From an uncultured Verrucomicrobiae bacterium (GTDB lineage Bacteria > Verrucomicrobiota > Verrucomicrobiia > Chthoniobacterales > Chthoniobacteraceae): a stretch of DNA of 64,000 nt. The DNA is taken from contig CAVYKI010000009.1 in NCBI GenBank assembly GCA_963769025.1, positions 864,001 to 928,000 of the forward strand. The letters are read 5' to 3'. The position numbers were made by a program, and so were the translations under genes. The notes beneath the pieces were generated by a model. That model saw nothing but the letters and a program-made list of their open reading frames with translations. It was not told the DNA's origin and did not search any database. Positions 59,619 through 64,000 of the stretch are shown here, in pieces (the first letter of the stretch is position 1; each line of letters starts with the position of its first letter).

Positions 59619-59644
59619 GTGTCGCGCGCATGCTCGGTGGCGGA

Positions 59645-60520
59645 CTATCCGAGCGGCTCAACATCCACCATGACTCGAACCTTGTGCTTCCCTCCGCCGG
59701 TGAGGATGCCGCTGAGCGGGCTCACGTCGCTGAAGTCGCGTCCGACGGCGACGGTGATGTGTTCGTCGGTCGGCATCGCGTCGTTGGTGGGATCGAAATC
59801 GACCCAGCCGGCGTTGGGGCAATACACCGACAACCACGCGTGCGACGCATCGGCGCCCACAAGGCGCGGTTTCCCTGCGGCCGGGTACGTGCGCAGATAG
59901 CCGCTCACGTACCGCGCGGGAAGACCGAGCGAGCGCAGGCATGCGATGCCGATGTGGGCGAAGTCCTGGCAGACGCCGTGCCGCTTCTGCCACACCTCCT
60001 CCAGCGGAGTGGAGATGGTGGTGGCCACACTGTCGTAGCGGAAATCCGAGTAGATGCGCCCGATGAGAGAGCGCGCTCCGACGAGCAATGGCGTGCCCGG
60101 GCCGAAGCTCTCCCGCGCATACGCGGCGTATTCGGGCGCCAGCCGCACGAGCGGTGAGTCGAGGCAGAACTCGTAGGGCACGACATCCGCCGGCAACACC
60201 GGATCGCGAAAGGCCGAGGCGACCACTTCCCATGCCGGCGAGATGCCGAGGGCGGGGATCGTCACCGCATCCACCGTGACGTAGCTGCTGGCGACGACCT
60301 CGAGGTGCCGGTGGATTTCCTGGATGGCGAACGAGCAGACGTGATTCCCGAAATAGTCGCGGCTCTCCTTGCGCACGGCCGGCTGCGGCGAAATCGACAT
60401 CGAAAACCGTGACGTCCGCTGGGTGGAACTTGTCAGCGGCATCTGGCGCGCCGCGTGGTGCGAGACGGTGACGCCGTCGCCGTAATCGTAAATCGTCCGG
60501 TGGGTGATGCGGTAGTCCAT
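59645..60520 (-). CDS. Transglutaminase-like protein
   Basis: ITHRTIYDY, GVCQDFAH, ARYVSGYL, GADASHAW, FDPTN, GRDFSDV. Confidence 0.93.
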   Translation of the reverse strand: MDYRITHRTIYDYGDGVTVSHHAARQMPLTSSTQRTSRFSMSISPQPAVRKESRDYFGNHVCSFAIQEIHRHLEVVASSYVTVDAVTIPALGISPAWEVVASAFRDPVLPADVVPYEFCLDSPLVRLAPEYAAYARESFGPGTPLLVGARSLIGRIYSDFRYDSVATTISTPLEEVWQKRHGVCQDFAHIGIACLRSLGLPARYVSGYLRTYPAAGKPRLVGADASHAWLSVYCPNAGWVDFDPTNDAMPTDEHITVAVGRDFSDVSPLSGILTGGGKHKVRVMVDVEPLG

Positions 60521-60526
60521 CTGAGT

Positions 60527-63091
60527 CTAAGCCGAACTGGCGCGGGAAATCGTGGAATGGGCGAAGTAGTTCACGGCGATTCCGTCGGACAGCTCCGGAA
60601 GGCTTGCGCTCACGGCGCGGATGACTTTCCCGGTCTCGCCCTCGTGCCATGGCCCGTGCGGATGCACGAGTTCCCGCGGGTCGAGCAGCCGCACGCGCGC
60701 GACGCTGCCGATGAGAATCCGCTGCCCGGCGCTCGGCAGCGCGCCCTGGTGTTCCTTCGGGAGACGGTCGAAATGTTTCTCGAGCTGGAGCAACTGAAAG
60801 AGCAGCGAGCGCGGATTCGTGCCGTCCAGGAGCACGATGTCGTACACGGCGGCAATGTTTGGGATGAGCGTGTAGCGGGAGCGGTAGGTGAGCGTGCTGT
60901 CGGCGTATTCGAGCACGGCCTCGAGCACGCTCGGGTTGTTCGCCTCGGGGGAACGCAGCGCGCAGTCGAGGAATGTGCAGAGATAGATCGAGCGTTCGAT
61001 GCGCTGGCCGATGTCGATGAATCGCCAGCCCTGCGCGCGCGTCATGTTTTCGCGGGCGAGGCCGTAAAAGGACGCGATCAGCAGGATGAGCCTGTTCAGC
61101 ACCGGGAGGGCGTCGCCGGTGAGCATGGGGCGTCCGTTTGCGGGAGCGGTGACACATTCCTCGAGCTGGCCGAGCACGCGCCAAACGTCGTTCGATGTGC
61201 GATCGCGAATGAGCATCGCCAGTTGCTCGACCCGTGCGGCGAGGTGCCGGAGGCTGCCCGGGCGTGTCCGATCGAAAATTGACGCTAGCAATTCAGCCTC
61301 CAGCGCCTCGGAATTCTGGCTCCACTGCGGATGCTCGGTGTTGAGCAGCCCCTGCTTTTCGAGCGCCTGCAAAAATGGCACGAGGTGCGGCATGCTCGAC
61401 CCGGTCCGCTCGGGATTGAACCGCGAAAGCGTACTGCGCAGCAGGCGCGCGCTTGCGTCCAGCCGCTCCGCGTAGCGCCCGAGCCAGCAGAAGTCGTCGG
61501 CCAGCCGCGATGGCAGATTATTGCCGACCCGCCGCAACTCGACATTGCGCCCCGTCCCCTGCAGGAGGGTCATCTCCTCGACCGGCTTGTCGCTCAGGAC
61601 CCACGTGTCCTTGCTCGTGCCCCCGTGCTGCATGGAAACGAGCCGCGCATCGCCGCTCATCGCAGTCCGTGTGAGGCCGCCGGGCATCACTTTGTAGCCG
61701 TCCGCCGTGGCGACGAGGAACACACGGACGACGACGCGCTTCGAGGCGATCCCGGCGCCATCCCACGCCGGCGCGGTGGACATGTGGACCTTTTCCTGCG
61801 CGACCCAAAGGTGCGGCTGGAATTCGATTCGCGCCCGCAATTCATCGGACGTCAGCCTCTCAATTTCGCCGCGGCCGTATGGCCGGAATGCAGGCTTGAT
61901 GACGAGCTCATCGAGGTGCTCGAGCACGTACTTTTGCGCCGACTTCTGGCCGCACCACCACGTCGCCACCGAGGGCATGAGGAGTTTCTCGCCGAGCACG
62001 TGACGGCACAGGCCCGGCAGGAACGGCTTGAACGCAGGGCTCTGCAGCAGCCCGGTGCCGAGCGCATTCGAGACGGCGACATGCCCTGCGCGCACCGCCT
62101 CGACGAGTCCGGGCACGCCGAGCATGGAATCATTCCGAAGTTCGAGCGGATCGCAAAAGTCGTCGTCCACGCGGCGGAGGATCACATCCACGGGCTCGAG
62201 ACCGCCGATGGTTTTCAAAAAGACGCGGTCGTCGCGCACCGTGAGATCTTCGCCCTCGACGAGCGTGTAGCCGAGGTAGCGCGCGAGATAGGCCTGCTCG
62301 AAATACGTCTCGTTATAGGCACCCGGAGTGAGGACGACCACGCGTGGGCTGTCCGTCTTTCGCGAACCCAGCGCGGCGAGCGAATTCTGCATTTCGCGGA
62401 AGAATCCGGCGAGCCGCTGCACGTGGCAGCTCCGGAAGGGTTCGGGCAACACGCGCGAGGTGGCGAGCCGGTTCGCTAGCGTGTAGCCCGCGCCCGTCGG
62501 GATCTGCGTGCGGTCCGAAATCACCCACCAGCGCCCGTCCGGCGAACGCGCAATGTCGGCGGCGTAGCAATGCAGATAAATGTCCTGCGGCGGCCGGACG
62601 CCGTGGAGCGGTCGCAAAAAGTCCGGCTGGGCAAAGAGCAGCGCAGGCGGGAGCCACGCGGTGCGGATGAGCTCCTGCTTTCCATAGCAGTCGGCGAGGA
62701 TCCGGTTGATGAGGGTCGCGCGCTGCGTGAGCCCTTTCTCGACCTCGCGCCACTCCGACTCCGTGATGACCAGCGGAATCGGGTCCAACTGCCATGGCCG
62801 CTCGGCGCCGAGCGGGTCGCCATAGACCGTGTAGGTGATCCCCTGCTCGTGGATGATCTCGGCGCACGTCTGCCGGCGGTGCCGCAGCGCCTCGATTCCG
62901 AGCGCATCGAACTCATGCAGCAGCGTCTCGTAGTGCGGGCGCACCGATCCGTCGGGCGCGCGCATTTCATCGAACACCCCCGCCCGCGCGGTATAGTCGC
63001 CGAAGATCGGCGGATGCCCCTGCGAGGCTTCAGCCGGCTCCGCGTGCGCTGTCGCCCCTTGAAATGAGTCGGCGCCGCCTCGCTCAGGCAT
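60527..63091 (-). CDS. Circularly permuted type 2 ATP-grasp protein fused to an alpha-E domain
   Basis: FDEM, LDPIP, VILRRVDDDFCDPLEL, LGVPGL, MPGGLTR, SKDTWV; alpha-E WLGRYAER and GQRIER, NPRSL. Confidence 0.93.
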   Translation of the reverse strand: MPERGGADSFQGATAHAEPAEASQGHPPIFGDYTARAGVFDEMRAPDGSVRPHYETLLHEFDALGIEALRHRRQTCAEIIHEQGITYTVYGDPLGAERPWQLDPIPLVITESEWREVEKGLTQRATLINRILADCYGKQELIRTAWLPPALLFAQPDFLRPLHGVRPPQDIYLHCYAADIARSPDGRWWVISDRTQIPTGAGYTLANRLATSRVLPEPFRSCHVQRLAGFFREMQNSLAALGSRKTDSPRVVVLTPGAYNETYFEQAYLARYLGYTLVEGEDLTVRDDRVFLKTIGGLEPVDVILRRVDDDFCDPLELRNDSMLGVPGLVEAVRAGHVAVSNALGTGLLQSPAFKPFLPGLCRHVLGEKLLMPSVATWWCGQKSAQKYVLEHLDELVIKPAFRPYGRGEIERLTSDELRARIEFQPHLWVAQEKVHMSTAPAWDGAGIASKRVVVRVFLVATADGYKVMPGGLTRTAMSGDARLVSMQHGGTSKDTWVLSDKPVEEMTLLQGTGRNVELRRVGNNLPSRLADDFCWLGRYAERLDASARLLRSTLSRFNPERTGSSMPHLVPFLQALEKQGLLNTEHPQWSQNSEALEAELLASIFDRTRPGSLRHLAARVEQLAMLIRDRTSNDVWRVLGQLEECVTAPANGRPMLTGDALPVLNRLILLIASFYGLARENMTRAQGWRFIDIGQRIERSIYLCTFLDCALRSPEANNPSVLEAVLEYADSTLTYRSRYTLIPNIAAVYDIVLLDGTNPRSLLFQLLQLEKHFDRLPKEHQGALPSAGQRILIGSVARVRLLDPRELVHPHGPWHEGETGKVIRAVSASLPELSDGIAVNYFAHSTISRASSA

Positions 63092-64000
63092 GGCGCAGAT
63101 CGAGCGTGAACGGGAAGTCGCCGCTCACGGGTTCGGAAGGCAGGGCGAATTTGCCCTGCGTATGGCCATGCGCAAAGAATCGGGCGAGGCGTCGGCTTTC
63201 GGCTTCGTAACTGTTCACTGGGAATGTGTCGTAGCTGCGACCGCCCGGATGCGCAACGTGATAGGTGCAGCCGCCGAGCGAGCGCTTGTTCCAGGTGTCG
63301 AAAAGATCGAACACGAGCGGCGCATGGACGCCGATCGTCGGCTGGAGACAATTCGGCGGCTGCCACGCGCGATAGCGCACGCCCGCGACGCCTTCGCCAT
63401 TCGTGCCGGTCGGGTGCAGCGGGATGCGATGGCCATTCACCGTGAGCGCGAAACGATTGCCGACGAGGCCGCGGGCCTTCACCTGCATGCGTTCGAGCGA
63501 GCTGTCCACGTAGCGCACGGCGCCGCCCGCCGTGCCCTCCTCGCCGAGCACGTGCCACGGTTCGAGCGCGGTGCGCAGTTCCACCTCCACATCGCGCTGT
63601 GCAAAATCACCGATGCGCGGAAAGCGGAACTCGAAGTGCGGCGCGAACCAGTCGGCCTCGAATGCGAAACCGGCATCCCGCAGATCGTGGATCACATCCT
63701 TGAAATCCGTCTCGCAGAAATGCGGGAGCATCCAGCGGTCGTGGATTTCCGTGCCCCAGCGCACGAGGTCGTTCGTGTAGGGTTGCTTCCAGAATTTCGC
63801 GACGAGCCCGCGCAGGAGAAGATGCTGCGCCAGGCTCATGCGCGCATGCGGCGGCATCTCAAAGGCGCGCATCTCCACGAGGCCGAGGCGTCCGGCGGTG
63901 CCTTCCGGCGAGTAGAGCTTGTCGATGCTGAACTCGGCGCGGTGCGTGTTGCCGCTGGAATCGGTGAGCAGGTTCCGGAAGAGCCGGTCCGTGAGCCACG
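63084..64000 (-). CDS. DUF2126 putative amidoligase, C-terminal part (5' end outside window)
   Basis: RNLLTDSSGNTHRAEFSIDKLY, GLVEMRAFEMPPH, ALEPWHVLGEE, HPGGR, EAESRR. Confidence 0.9.
   Translation of the reverse strand, partial: WLTDRLFRNLLTDSSGNTHRAEFSIDKLYSPEGTAGRLGLVEMRAFEMPPHARMSLAQHLLLRGLVAKFWKQPYTNDLVRWGTEIHDRWMLPHFCETDFKDVIHDLRDAGFAFEADWFAPHFEFRFPRIGDFAQRDVEVELRTALEPWHVLGEEGTAGGAVRYVDSSLERMQVKARGLVGNRFALTVNGHRIPLHPTGTNGEGVAGVRYRAWQPPNCLQPTIGVHAPLVFDLFDTWNKRSLGGCTYHVAHPGGRSYDTFPVNSYEAESRRLARFFAHGHTQGKFALPSEPVSGDFPFTLDLRHA

Noticed and set aside
51690..64000. One long nitrogen-linked operon joining the ligase cluster with pgi, glnD and purF-purM
   Set aside because: All are on the same strand, but pgi (58634-58662) and purF (54244-54272) each have their own promoter-like elements; co-orientation alone is weak evidence.

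Overview
High-GC bacterial chromosome segment, very probably Verrucomicrobiota (Chthoniobacterales/Spartobacteria-like), judged from a Verru_Chthon cassette protein A gene and a DUF1549/DUF1553 + DUF1501 pair. Most of it is core genome: clpS, ybeY, ilvD, hisB/hisH, coaD-yceD-rpmF-plsX-fabH-tatD, gyrB-gyrA, rpmI-rplT-pheS-pheT, pilT, lgt, a UbiA-family gene, pgi, glnD and purF-purM. It also carries a CzcCBA-type RND efflux operon, two MFS transporters and several secreted hydrolases. At the right edge is a functionally uncharacterised peptide ligation/tagging cluster (DUF2126 amidoligase, circularly permuted ATP-grasp fused to alpha-E, two transglutaminases). Signals not visible in the ORF track: (1) a 6S-like RNA with its own terminator between the RND operon and gyrB; (2) a membrane-anchored alkaline phosphatase homologue lacking its catalytic residues; (3) a recurring promoter layout that implies leaderless or very short-leader mRNAs; (4) a structured rpmI-rplT spacer; (5) tatD with no canonical start codon. 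Many conserved genes are frameshifted, most likely through assembly/polishing errors. I saw no CRISPR array, rRNA, tRNA or mobile element. All family names come from motif recognition; no searches were run.
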